This document shows, one piece after another, positions 37,421 through 50,480 of a DNA stretch of 64,000 nt. Source of the stretch: Marsupella aquatica. Taxonomy: Eukaryota > Plantae > Marchantiophyta. The stretch's first letter is position 1, and every line of letters begins with the position of its first letter. The DNA lies in NCBI GenBank assembly GCA_973895155.1, contig OZ316892.1:4424510-4488509 (forward strand), read 5' to 3'. Under the pieces are notes generated by a model. The model did not search any database, was not told where the DNA came from, and saw nothing but the letters and a program-made list of their open reading frames with translations. A program made the translations under genes and the position numbers.

Positions 37421-40400
37421 CGAGAGGTGGGGTATCCACCCCCCTTCCCAGTTTTTGCAGGGTACAATCCTCAAATTCTAGCTGTGTCTGCTCCTTTTTT
37501 GTTCTCTCCTGCCATCCGTGGAGGGGTACTGTAGGAGTTCCCACGCACAAGTTCAAAGGATCCTTTGACATCCTTTGCCTTTGTGTGAGGCTCTCTAGCT
37601 TTTTGGCTCTTTGATTTCTTGGTGTTTTCTTTGCTTTTTCTCCTTTATTGACTCAACCTTGAATTGTGGATCTTGTTTCCAGTTGGTGCTTTCGTTGGTG
37701 GCAAGGCAGTAAAAGATCTTTCTTGTCATTTTTAATTAAATGACAAAACAGCCCATCATCAGCTGCGCATGTCTTTTTGTATGGTCATTCATGCAGTCTG
37801 TCGTCTCCATCTTTGTCCTTGCTGACAAGGACCCTCCAGAAAGCACTTATGCCACACGTCAAGCTGCATGCCGGCTCCACTTGTGCTGGCCAGCCTGAAA
37901 TTGATTGCTTAAAGGTGTCAAGCAAATTTGGTCATATTGTCAATTCCAAAGAAGCCATATTACAACAACAAGTACGTGTATAAGAGACCTTTTTGTACAA
38001 TGCATGTTATTAATATGCTGCCCAGGAGTCACATCGGGAAACAAAGCAGAAAAACAAATTGGGCAGTTAACGGACAAAAACGAAATTGAGGGTTTTTTTT
38101 CACAAACATTCATTTTTTAAGCTAAGAAATGGCAGCTGTAGATCTCATGCAAGTCGTTCTTTGGAGCCAACATAGCAGTTGCAATGGACGGATGAAAATT
38201 GCTCGATGCAAACAAAAATGGACAGCCAAGATATCAGGGGTTTGATTCCACCAGCAAGATCGGAGAGATTGTTTTCCTTTTTCTTACTTAATATTCCATA
38301 GTTTTGCATGCAAGTTTTACCAGCGGACACATAGGAGGATTCCCTGATTGCATTGAATGGCAGAGACAAGGTGGAGGGGCAAGTGAAAATCTGGGTGTGG
38401 GAAGACGGAGGGATGCTGGCACCTTCAAAGGGGGAGGAGACCGGAACAATGTAAGGGCTGTTGAATCCCAACGAGTGGTTTAAACCACCACTGCTTAAAC
38501 CACCACTAGCCATATAAAAAGGGGACTGTCCAAGAATTCTTCCTTTCTCATTTTACTCCACAAATTCAGTAAAGGATACCTATTTATAGTGAACCTGGTG
38601 TTACCAGGTTATTATCATGGCTAGTGATGATATAAGGTAGTTTTAAGCTCAATAATTTGTGCATCTTAAAGAGGAAGAACTTAGTGTATCTTTTCAAAGT
38701 GCTGCTTATGGAAGTCTGAATACTCATAGGTCCAATACCATTGATATCCAGTAGCTTTGGCAGTAATACCCGGATCTACTACCTCGTCCATTGAATAGAG
38801 AAGGGCAAACCAAGGAATTACTATGTACATCAATATAATCTGAGGTATATGCTTGATGGGACCCCTGCCAAAAGAAATTTAGGTGATAGGCACTTATGAA
38901 ACTTTTGTTACAAACTAGGTCCCCTCTGAAACTTTTGAGTCAAATGTTCTTGTAAAGTTCTTATAAGGAGTTTTAGCTTGATATTATCACCAATAAGAGC
39001 TACTATAAAGTTTAGAGTCAAACCATGCTGAAGGACAAACTACACCATTGGGAGAACAGGGGATCGAGTAATGGTGGCCGTCGCGCGAACTGCAAGTTCA
39101 TAAGTGAAGATAATATTGTTCATGGCTTCAGGTTTGAATTCTACCATACCGTTCTTCTTTAGGTTGCTTCACTCAACCTAAGCACAGGGTTTGTGTGATA
39201 TTTTGACTTTTCTTTTTGTTCTTCTATCTAAGTATGGAATGAATCCTCTACTTTTGGCCATAAATTGATCCCTACTACAACATTCAAAAATTGTCCAAGT
39301 GTGGAACAAAGATAGTCTTCTCACATGTAGACCCCAAATTTGTGTAAGTATAGAAGGAAGCAAGGATCTTTTACTCTTGGTTGTTTTCCCTAGCTTGTTG
39401 CAACTTTCAAAAATTGTCTGAGTGTGAAACAAAGACACTATGGAGTCAATCATAACGGGAAAGTTTTGCTAGTCTGTGAGAACTAGACTAAATGTTTAGA
39501 CTAATTAAATGCTGTACAAACCCACTATCATGCAATGGTGGATCCCCTCAAACTCTATAATCATGTGAAGACATAACCCATTACGTCTTCAAGCATACAT
39601 GTACACGAGGTGGACTATGATGTGGCGTGTGATGGATTGTACTGCCAATATATGGTTGATCATTGATGCAGTTAGGCACCACATAAGAACCATGTGTACC
39701 GAACCTATGTAGGGGGGCTTGTTTGTAACAAACATTTTTGTGGGGAGCCTAGTTCGTAACAAAATTTTAGTGAGGGCGTGGCTGTCACGTGAAGCATACA
39801 ATTACCTCTTATAATCTTGGAAAAATAGTTAGTAATTTTTTTTACCTCATTATAAAATTATGCAAGTGCTCTCCAAACCGTAGAAGCACGTTACTATGCT
39901 ACTGCTCACTAACTCAACTTACTTCAGATTACTTTTTGGGGTTTGGATAGCGGGGCTGGACCAATTTGCCAGTTGCCCAATGGGCACCTAGAATGCAGGC
40001 TCAACACTACTTGCATAGCACCTTTTTTGGCCAGAAGGGCCAAAGGGAGACTCCATATGGACCAATGCAAGCACATAATGGTGGACCTAGCCAACCAGCG
40101 CCCTCACCAATCCCAACACCCATGTCTAAGTGCCCTTGGTGCCCAAACGCCTCCATGGAACTCCTTGAGCAAGCAACTCGATGCCCCTTGCACCGTTTGC
40201 GACCACTCTCATACAAAGCCGCACTTGCTCCCTAACACGATCGTCACTCAATGGTTCTCACTATCTGCACAAGCAACCAAGTATCTTGGTAAGAAACCCA
40301 ACGGGATCTAGATCTCCCCAAATCTAGCATCCTAACTCAAGCTCAATAGACATTGGTAAGTAGATCAGCCATAGGTCCTCCCGTTGCCTTATGCTGGACG

Positions 40401-43400
40401 CGACACTAAGGGAAAACGCCAAATGAAAATGACAATAACTTTCCAACGGGAAGTCCGTTGGAAGACTTCTTGGGTGCGTTGGAGGATGTAGTCCTCTTGG
40501 CTCAATTGGGTCTAGGGGTGCCATGGGTTTTCGGGGTTTGCGGGGGCTATCTCGTCCGCTTGTCAAATCCTGCCGAAATAGCAGCCAAACCGCGTTCAGT
40601 CTCCCAAGGGAGCTGGCCTTGGGGAGGCAAGGCCAAGTAGACATGGAGGTTGAGTTCCAAGGGCATTTGGTCCCTAGGCCATCAGTGGGGTGAGAACCGA
40701 GAGTTGGTTGCTAAAGTCGGGGTCATTCTGGTCCCGACATGTTGGGACAAGTTTGGGATAAGTTTTAGGACAAGCTACATTATTTGGGCCATGAGCATGT
40801 TCTGGGGGCAGGGTGGTCAGTTGGTGATGGATAAGTACGAGGGGGAACCCGGACTGCACCCAAAGAGGGGCTATTTTGGACGAACAATGGGTGGTGACGA
40901 CTTTGGCTTGCCCTTAGCCCCCATGGAGACACCACTCCCCTCATATATGCTTCTGGAGATCTGCCACCCTTGGACCTACTTTGGTTCCCAAATTTTGGCC
41001 CCCCACCTAGACCCCAACCCACATGTCTGGGCGCGCCACCAACTGGTTAAGCCCATATATAACTTTCTAGTTAGGCGTCTGTAGGCGAAGTGCCTTAGCC
41101 CGTTGTGATTGGGCCGGCCCAATGCTCATGCCTAGGCCCTCAAAACCCGTCGTCGCCCAAGACCTCTGATCGGCCAAACCTGGGTTGGACCGTAACTCGT
41201 GCCCCAAGCGTCCGTTGCCCATGGAGTAAACTCCATTTGCCTTGGGCCCAAGAGGAGGCTCTCTCAGTCAAACCCTCAGAACCCAAAGTCCGTTCAGGAG
41301 TCCGGACGATGGACCTTGAGTCGGGCCCTTTCCCAAGACCCGACCAGCCCTCAGCTAGTCTAAGTCCTTAGTGTGTGTCACCAGCTTAGCGCCTTGCCTT
41401 TGCCAGTGCCACGCCTCATTGCCCGCAAGTCTCGCCATGCTAAGTCCTCCGCGGATGGCTGTTCCGGGCCTGGACCATACGAGAGCTCAAGTGTCAGAGT
41501 CAGCGATGCCGAAGCTAAGTGTTAAGGTAGTCAAGTTACGCGACTCACATGAATGGATTTTTCCATACCATAATTATATCTTGAGTGTTCTTTTTTATCA
41601 CTGGGTGTTGTTCCTTCTACTTACCCGAATGCTGCTTTTTGATGCCTAATGTTGTTTTTTGATGCCCCAATGTCATGGGCAGCAAACTACAATAACCTGG
41701 TTGTACAATAGTATATTAGGCAAACCCTGCCCACCTGGACAATGGTGACATTAGGGAAAGTAGGCAGGGCAGGGGAAAGAGGCAAACAAAAGGGTAGCAA
41801 GGAGGAGCAGGTGTTGGGAGTAAATTGAACAAGCACAATTAGCAAATTGAGCAATAAGTTGGTCATACAAATGTGCCATATATTGTACATTTGCTCCTGA
41901 CCAAAGCTATGAGATCACAACAAAATACATTGGATTAATATTTAGAGTTCATAGTATTTAAGTAATATTTTTCCATGATGTTTTGTGGCTACATTTGGGC
42001 CTCCATTTTCCAACATGTTAATATTTTTACATTATATTAACAATTGAAGGCCCCAATAGACTCAATCATTGCTATGAATCCCCCATGGATTTCCAAAGTT
42101 AGAAAGGACTTACTTGGAACACTAAAGTGAAGGGAATGCTTAGATAGTACTTTCTACAATTTTGACTGAATTGTGACGTGGTTTCCACTAGTTTGTGTCA
42201 CATGCTTATCAAATGATTTACACGATAAATACATATTTCTTTCTACTAAAATTGTAGTTAGTTATCGTATGATGAGAACGTGGAGGGACGCTATTCAGAT
42301 TATATCACACGTAGGATGAGTATGTTTGTTTTCGCTCCCGGAATGTATTTTTTGATCAAGTCTACCGACTAGTCTCCCTGCTTTTGAGCAAGTTCCATGG
42401 ACTACACCACACTCACTCCTAATGCCATTGTGGAGTGCTATCACCACTCCCCGTATTCACATGGTCAATCTATCCATGCAAGGGTTGCTTAGAAATTCTT
42501 GGGGAAAGAAAACAGACGTGACACAAAAAATATAGCAACAAACAAAACTTCAAGAATCAAACAAAATCTATATTTTTGATGAACAGTTCAGGGAACAATT
42601 GTAACACATTGTAAGGACAACCCGTCCTAGCCTCTTACGTCTGCCCAATTCATGCCTCACTCGGACAAGTGATATGTCTCCGCCTCACTACTCTAGCTCA
42701 ATTTCCTCTTCCTGTTGCGTGCTAAGTTCCCCAACCAAACACTAAGTAGACTGAGTTCCCCCCTGCACCTACCGGGGGCTGCCCCTAAATACCCAAAACC
42801 AAAGTGCACCACACGGTGTGACAACCACCATCGCCATACTGGCGGCCCCACTACTCTCAAAACCTAACCTAAAACACGCGGCACACACATGTGTCACCAG
42901 CCTATCCTATCCTAAGGGAGACCAGCAGTGCCTTTGACAGTGCCCACTATCCCTCTGCTAAACAAGAGTTCACTTGAGTCCACAACTTCATACCCTATCT
43001 ATCTACCTACCGGCCTCAATCCTCCTGGTTGCCACCATTGGTCCGCCGTAAAAGGAAGGGGCCCCAACAATTGTCGAAACTGGAAATTTTCTCAAAATTC
43101 ACTTTTGAAAATATCTAGATAACCTTGCTCTTCCTGATTGCAACCCTATAAATGGTTCATAAAATGGAGGCCAAAGTGGTGAGTTGTTGCTAATCCCCAA
43201 ACTACTTAGGGCAACTTTCACAAAAGTGAAGTGTACCCTTCCTCTAAATGTTAAGTTGTTGTTAATGTCCAAACTACACAGGGGGCGGGACACATGGCCT
43301 CCTGCAAAAAAGTGAAGCATCCTTTGCAAAGTGGTAAGTCCTTGCTCATGCGCAAAGCACTCAAGGGGTTCTTCACAAACTTGAAACTTACTTCCACAAA

Positions 43401-43909
43401 GTGGACAGTTGCTAGTCATGCCCAAAATCATTGTCATGGTTCATCTCATTGGCATAAAGGACATCCATTGAGCTTTCTACAAACTACTGCTTTTGTTCTG
43501 TTTCCTATGCATATTGTTTTGGTGAATGGCTGTAAGTTTCTTTATAGTTTTGGGCTCTATCCGACACTTTGATGACGGGTTTGATGACAGAAGAGTATAG
43601 GACGGGACAAAGGATAACATAGAGCAGCAAAATGAGTTTGGTTCAGTCATTCCTATTGAGGTTCTTATGACAAAAATATCTCATTTAGGCGCATTTAGGC
43701 CAATTGCCTTACCCTAAACCCTAAACTCTAAATTATTCGGATTAAATCATTGAGTGTTGTTGATAGTATACCCTATATTGACACATTTGATGTGCAAATA
43801 CTAGAATGACTGCACTTATACACCGTCTTCATATATTGTTTTTGAATCTAAGGTAGAAAATAGCAAAATAATATTCCCCCGGCCCCCCCCCTTGGAAAGT
43901 AAATCACAG

Positions 43910-44520
43910 ATCGACCACCGTGTTCGACATGGTGCTCCCATGGGCTATGGGAGTTTGGGGCTTATAACTTGATAATTATGAGTTTTAGGAAAAAAGAATA
44001 TTCACCTGCAAGTCAACTAGACAAGGAGGAGACATGAAACAACACAAGCCCTAATATTTCATATCAACAAAATAGAAATTAATGTAATAAAATTACCCCT
44101 TCATTCCATTCCATGAAGAATAATACAACCAAAAGGACCAAAAATTCAGTGTCACTTTGATGAAAATATATATTAAGCTTTTAATTACATTGTCACGATA
44201 TTCCAATTTACAATACTGTCATTATTATTTTTAATTTACAAATATGCCACAGTTTACATATATTCCCACCTTAGTTACTTTGTTGAACTTGTCATCTTTA
44301 TATAAAACTGTGACACATTTTGTAAAAAAATTTAAAATTGGAAATATTATCAATTTGAACATTTTCAGTGGAAAAATAATTAAAAGTTTAATATACATTA
44401 CCACATCTAGATATTAAGATTTTAATTTATACATACCAAAAGTTATTATAATTAAATTCAAATTTTGGGAGATGTGGTCCATACGGGTTTAGAAAACCAA
44501 TTTATGTGGTCCATGGGAGC
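43910..44520. repeat. Dispersed repeat copy 1 (likely non-autonomous DNA element) containing a ~190-bp foldback
   Basis: Shares GGGCTTATAAC..TATGAGT, ACCTGCAAG.CAACTAGA.AAGGAGGAGACAT..AAGCCCTAATATTTCATAT with 49760-50480. GCTCCCATGG (~43934) has an inverted CCATGGGAGC at 44511-44520. Confidence 0.75.
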
Positions 44521-45108
44521 GTCCTGTGTTACTTCCAGACAAGAAAAATAATGAATGTTTCTCGCTGGCTATGATACGGAAAGGCACTCGAAGCCGGGCA
44601 GGAAGGCGAAAGAAAGACAGGAAGGGCTAAAGAACTCTTCCAGCTGCCCGGCAATGGTCGGCGCTCGGCGGGCAGGGGGGAACAGCCTTTGTTCATCATG
44701 CAGGCGGAAAGTGCCCGACCTTCTCTTGTTGTCATCCAATCGCGAGGTGGCGGGCATCTGGCGGTCGTCCAGATGCGGTGTCAGCTCCCAGCCACGCCAT
44801 CTAGCATCCAAGCCACCTGTCCACCGTCTGCCCGTTCGCAGCGCCCACATAAAAATGACTTCTCTTCAGTTATAGATCCATCACGCTGAAGCTGTCACTA
44901 CTCACTCGAGTACCTTTCGCTCAATTCTCTCACATATCAACGTTCGATTTCGTTTCTTTCGTCTTCCATTGCTCGATTTCGTCTCTACATCGTGGTGTAG
45001 TAATTTTGGGCGATTTCTATCGGTGAATCGTGCTGCGATCCAGCTTCTAACTCGATTCTGCAAGTCTGATTACGAAATTTGGAAGGTGGACATCGTCGAT
45101 CGGGAGAT

Positions 45109-46897
45109 ATGGCACAGGCTACGACCGCAGATTCTACGTACCAGGAAGATCCATCATTGAGTACGTACCCGCTTGATCGCCAGCTCGTACTATCTCGTGT
45201 AATTGCGGAGTGGATTGGAGGCATGAAATCTGATTTCTAGAAGTACTAACCGTGTCTTGGCGATCTGTATGCTGCAGCTGGTGAAGATGCAACGCAAGGA
45301 AAGACGTCCATGTTCGGAAAGTTGAGGAATAAGACGAAAGACAAGACCAGCAAGCTGAAGGCCAAGCTGAAGCCCGGATCTAAGTCGACGGGCGAAGAGG
45401 TCGAGGAAGACTCTTCGTCCTCCAGCAGTGATGATGAGGCAAACGCTCCAGTCCACAATGCAGTAAGTGGGACCTGTTGTGCCTCTAATTGGTTTGGAGT
45501 TCTGTGACAAAGCTGATCATATTTTGTGGGCTGGGTGTTTTTCGTCTTCGGCTGTGGGTTCTAAACTGTTGAGAATTATAATTTTCTGCAGTTCTCGGGT
45601 GTAACTCAGCCAAAATACGACCAGCAATCAGAAAATGAGAAGCCCGCTTCTGACACCAAAGGTACAATTTGTTTTGCATGTGTGTCGCGTAGATAAGCAA
45701 GCTGAGTTCCGCTGCATGATCTTTCCTCTGAGGGCATTGATTTGTGTGAGATGTTAGAAGTTGTGCAGTAGCTGCTTGCGATGAAACCGGCATTAAGGAT
45801 TTGAATCTTTCGCCAAGAACGAGTGTCTCACATCCGCTCTTTCCAACTTCTCTGCTAGGATCTACAACTGCACCTGCTCAAAACTTCCCAGGAAACTTCG
45901 CTGGTATTGCAGGAGGTGAATCTAAAGAAGAAGATTCTGGCTTATCGAAAGACTTCCAGGGATTGTCAACGAACGACAAAGGTAAGTCATTCTGAAATGA
46001 AAGTCTCTGCTGCTTTGTGTGACTCGCGATGCACCAATATTCTGATGAGCTGATAAGATTATTGAACGTACTTTACTCTTGGCTGAACAAGTTTAAGCCG
46101 AAAATATGCAAGAAGAATCTGAAATGCGATGTCCCTGCTGTCTGACAGACGAGTCGATGGAGTCGCAACCAGCAGCCGATGAAGTTGAGGATAGTGCACC
46201 GGTGACACAGAAACTACAGGAGACGAAAGATGAAACAGTCGATAAGTTTTCCCCAAGCGGAACTGATTCTTCATCAGATAATCTTCCTGTAACAGAGCAA
46301 GCACAGCAAGTAGGTGATAAAGCTACTGAAGCAGGAAAGAGTTGGACACAGTGGGCTGCCGAGAAAGTAGGGTACGCGAAAGACACTGCTGCTGCGAAAG
46401 CACCCACCACAGCTGAGGGAAAACCAGTCCATGAGGAAGCTTACGGTGCTGCCGTCGGGGCAAAGGATTCTGCTGTTGCGCAAGCAGCCGCAACGAAGGA
46501 CTCCCTCGCTTCTCAAATTCCGGACCGATCTTCAATCCCATCAGACCCGGCTCAACAAACATATGTGCAGAAGGCAACCGGAGGCATGTATGGAGCGAAA
46601 GACAAACTGTATACGTCAACTCAGCCGGGCGAGCACGATAAAGCGTTGTCACAGAAGGTTACCGAGGCTGTTGGAAATCTCCCAGCGACAATCAAAGCTT
46701 CCTTGGGTTATGGAGCGAAAACAGGTGGGGTTTCTTCCCCATCTAACACTCCATCTCCTTCCGATACCTCTCTTTCCCCTTCCGAACCTTCAGTTACACC
46801 ACCACAATCTCCTGGACTAGTCAATCGCATTACTGGTCTGTTCAGTTCGAAGAAGGCAGTCGCAGACAATTCCAAACCTTCTTCAGGTACTGACTGA
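45109..46897 (+). CDS. LTI65/RD29B/CAP160-like stress protein, paralog B (~392 aa, 5 exons)
   Basis: Exons 45109-45160, 45278-45462, 45592-45661, 45859-45981, 46149-46897. All GT-AG, phases 1,0,1,1, total 1179 nt, with a TACTAAC branch point at ~45244. Motifs: SMFGKLRNKTKDKTSKLKAKLK, TYVQKA, PGEHDKALSQKVTEAV (PGEED-type) and ASLGYG. Confidence 0.85.
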
Positions 46898-47215
46898 TCT
46901 GTAAGATTTACGATCGCTGACTGATCTGTAAGATTCAAGTCACTAAGAATCTGGGGAGGAGAAAATGGGATTTGTCATTGCAGTTTTTTTCTTAGGGTGA
47001 TCTGGGATAAAGTTACCAATCAGGTCTTTGTTTGATAATCTGGAAATGTCATGATTTTGGCTCATTTCAGGATGAACACAGTATAAATTGCATTCAATCT
47101 GATGTTCTGCTCTTTGACTACGATTGGATTTCTTCAATCGTTGGTTTTTCGTTGGATTTCTAGCGTGAATCCATGAATTGATTAGTTTTCCCTTTATTGG
47201 TATGTGCAGAGTCGA

Positions 47216-47401
47216 CTGTTTCCGAGGCAGGGCCAGAGACTCAAACTCCAGTGTCTGAGTAGACATTGAGATTGTGATTCTTCGTGAAGCCATGTGCACA
47301 GCTACTGTTTCTGAGGGAGGGCCAGAGACTTAAAACTCGTGTCTGAGTTGACATTGAGACTATGATTTTCTTCGTGAAAACTGTTGCCATGTTCACAGCT
47401 A
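47216..47401. repeat. ~90-bp tandem duplication downstream of paralog B
   Basis: CTGTTTC.GAGG.AGGGCCAGAGACT..AAACTC.GTGTCTGAGT.GACATTGAGA...GCCATGT.CACAGCTAC occurs twice. Confidence 0.85.
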
Positions 47402-49759
47402 CGGTGGAGAAAAATTGGATAATAGTTTGTAGTTTGCAGGCAACGGTTCTTCAACCCGAACTTAGCTCGATCTGCACCAACTCTGTACAGTGTGATTGAC
47501 CTCATTAGTCGTGTCCAACAGACAGATTTTGAACACTTGTAAATTTGGAATTGACAATAAATATACATCGTAGTTGGCATACAGAGTATAAAGTTTGACG
47601 TGGATGAGTGTACTGGATAGATTGACAAATTGATGGAAATCTGTGAAGTTCTCTGTGCAACAAATTAGCTTCGAATCAAAAACAACCATGTCTCAAGAAA
47701 TGAGAAGTATCTCTCGAAAAACCAGCATTGCAACAGAAAAATTGAAAAAATCAATTTTCTAATGTAAGTTGTTTGAAATAGTACGCTGGAGAAACGTTGT
47801 TATTCCTCTCATAGATAATAGTGAAGTACCTCAGCTGAGTAAATGTTTTTACTAACAAAACAAGCTATTCATTAAATCGAAATGTCCCTGTGAAAATATC
47901 ACCACAGCTCCCGCACGGTTTTATGTTTCCGAGGACAAACCTTCCTAATTTAAAACCTACTGGCCAAATTGAACTAAATTTTTCGAACATTGTCTAGTTC
48001 TATCCCTGTACTAGTACAACATGAAATGTACTGAAGGTGCCTTTAAATTAAAGAATCCTTGGGCTAAAATGACTGTTACGACTATACTTGAGGACATTCT
48101 AACAATTTGACTGAAAGTAGCTCTATCTTACCCGACTACCTGACATTTAAGCCAGGGACCCCTTCTGGGCTGAAAGCTTAGTTTCCTTGGGGAAGGAAAA
48201 TGCACAAGAAAATTCTAAATGAACAAAACCCTGAAGTAGTGCAAGGCTATAAAGCTGAGCTGCATGTGGCTGAGCTCTCTATGTATGTGAAAGTGTTTAT
48301 ATTCAACATGTCAAACCCTCATCTCCAATCATATTTTGGAGATGCGCAACAGAATTTTATTTACACAAACCCCTAAACCAGTGCAGGACTGCAGAGCTCA
48401 GCTATGTGTGGGTGGGCTCTGTAAAAGGGAAAATAATATATTCTACCTATACCCTCTACTCCTGTCACTCCTAGTGTAGTGGCTATTACAATTTAAAAGC
48501 AGCTAATGGCCAGGTATTATATCCTACATCCGTATCCGCCGTCTCCCTTACTATAAGATGGTACTTAGGTTTTTCTGCAGCTAATGGCAAGTAGCCACAT
48601 GTGGCTTTCAATTGAAACTTACCCATCATCAACTTAGCTCTAACTGCAGCTAATTGCATGAAACCAGAAAAGTTAGGGCCATAGGAAGCCACAATACCCA
48701 TTCATGAATTAAAGTTGTAACAGCAGCTAATTGTAAGCAACCAGAAAAATTAGGGTCCTATGAAGCCTACCTTTCATAAATCTAGCCTTAACTGCAGAGA
48801 ATTAAGACACATGGCTTCACCCTCAGCACTTTGATCACAAATTATAGCTGGATGCAAATAAATTTTGAGTAAGTCAAACATATTCCCACACACATCTATT
48901 AATGTTATTCTAACTAAAATCCATGTTATTGTGATCTCATCTAAACTTAAGGATCCCATATGAGCAAAAGTTAGGATGAAGATACCATCCGAAATCCTCA
49001 AATCAATTCCCCAAACCTACATTCTCTCAGGAATCCTATCAGACCAAACTATTGGGGTGGAGATCCCAGACAAGCTCCTCAATCCCAGCTAGATACTCTT
49101 AGAGTTATTGAGTATATGCAACAATAACAATTTATTAACTAATTTATGACAATGTTTTCTCCCAGGAGCTGAAGTCCATTCCCTTACTGCTGAATAGGGC
49201 TTTTGTCCTTTGCCGTTGTGTTGGGGTCTTGTCTCCAAGTTTAATATTTTTGTTCTTTAGCAGTGTAATATGCTATGCCTCTATATTTAGTTTACAATTT
49301 TTTCCATGATTGGTTATTATAAGCAAAGTAACACTAGTTAGTCTGGAATGATTTAATGCTTAACATCTCAGATTTAGTCAATATCCTCTCCTACCCTTGA
49401 TCAGAGGGGCAGGGGAGTGCGGCAACAAATTAGGAGGGGTAGTGCGGGTTGGGGCAAAGCAAAGAGACCCAACTCAATGTTGAGGGTTGGAAAGGGTGTT
49501 CTGGTTAGGGCCATAGAGGGCACAGAGTACTATCCAATGGAGAAACCTAGCTAGATATTAACTGTAATATAGTTTCAAGTTAACTAGAGTTGATTTGCTT
49601 AGCCAACAGTAAAAAAAGATACATTCAAATTAACAATTACAGTAAAAAGAATAGTGAAGTATATATTTAAAGAAAGAAAAGTGAGTGACTAACAGTTAAC
49701 AAAAGAGTGACACAGTATATACATTTAGAGAAAGAAGAGAGACAGTGTGAAGCCCGGAT

Positions 49760-50480
49760 GGACCACCATGTTGGATAGAGTGTTTGCGTGGACCACATTT
49801 TGGTGATCCATGTGAGTTTTGGGCTTATAACATGATGAGTATGAGTCTTAAAATAATTTTTAGGTTTTTACCTGCAAGGCAACTAGAGAAGGAGGAGATT
49901 AGAGAAGGAGGAGACATAAAACCATACAAGCCCTAATATTTCATATTAACATAAGCCCATTTCATATTAACATAGTAAAAACTAATTGACTAAAAACTCA
50001 CTATCACTTTGATGGAAGTGATACTTCACCTACTCCTCTGTTCCGTACTCTAAAACCAAAAAGTCACTATCACTTTGATGGAAGTGATGCTTCACCTACT
50101 CCTCTAGTACATACTCAAAACCAAAAAATATCTGGATTTTGTGAACATCAATTTATTACAATTAAACCCAAATTTTTGGAAAATGTGATCACCTTTCAAC
50201 AGACCAACCTTGTCTTCCATGGGACTGATGGGAGCACCATTTTTACTAAATTGGACACGATTCTATAAGTAGCTTTTAAGTACATTGTCCCTAAAGATAT
50301 TTGAATTTACAATACTACCATTATTATTTTTTATAGTTACAAAAATGCCACTGTTTCCATAATATAATCCCCTTGGTAAAACTTGTCATCCATTTACTAA
50401 ATAGTGACATTTTTATAAATATTAAAAAAAAAGTGACAGTATGGTCAATTATAATATCTTTGGTGACAAAGTAATAAAAA
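49760..50480. repeat. Dispersed repeat copy 2, with an internal ~66-bp duplication (49997-50127) and a foldback (50281-50473)
   Basis: Alignable by eye to 43910-44400. Arm TACATTGTCCCTAAAGATATT pairs with AATATCTTTGGTGACAAAGTA. Confidence 0.78.

Noticed and set aside
37290-38513. Minus-strand gene starting MASGGLSSGG (38513) with a possible donor near 38320
   Set aside because: Downstream candidate exons contain stops in all frames and no family is recognisable; at most a pseudogene.
39943-41649. GC-rich block with many short ORFs
   Set aside because: No RT, integrase, recombinase or other motif recognised; probably a decayed repeat but not classifiable by eye.
42172-43069. Possible solo LTR (TGTGAC...CCAACA)
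   Set aside because: No TSD, PBS or PPT found, and the boundaries are arbitrary.
43712-43732. Telomere-like CCCTAAA x3
   Set aside because: Only two perfect units and one imperfect; such short interstitial copies are common in plants.
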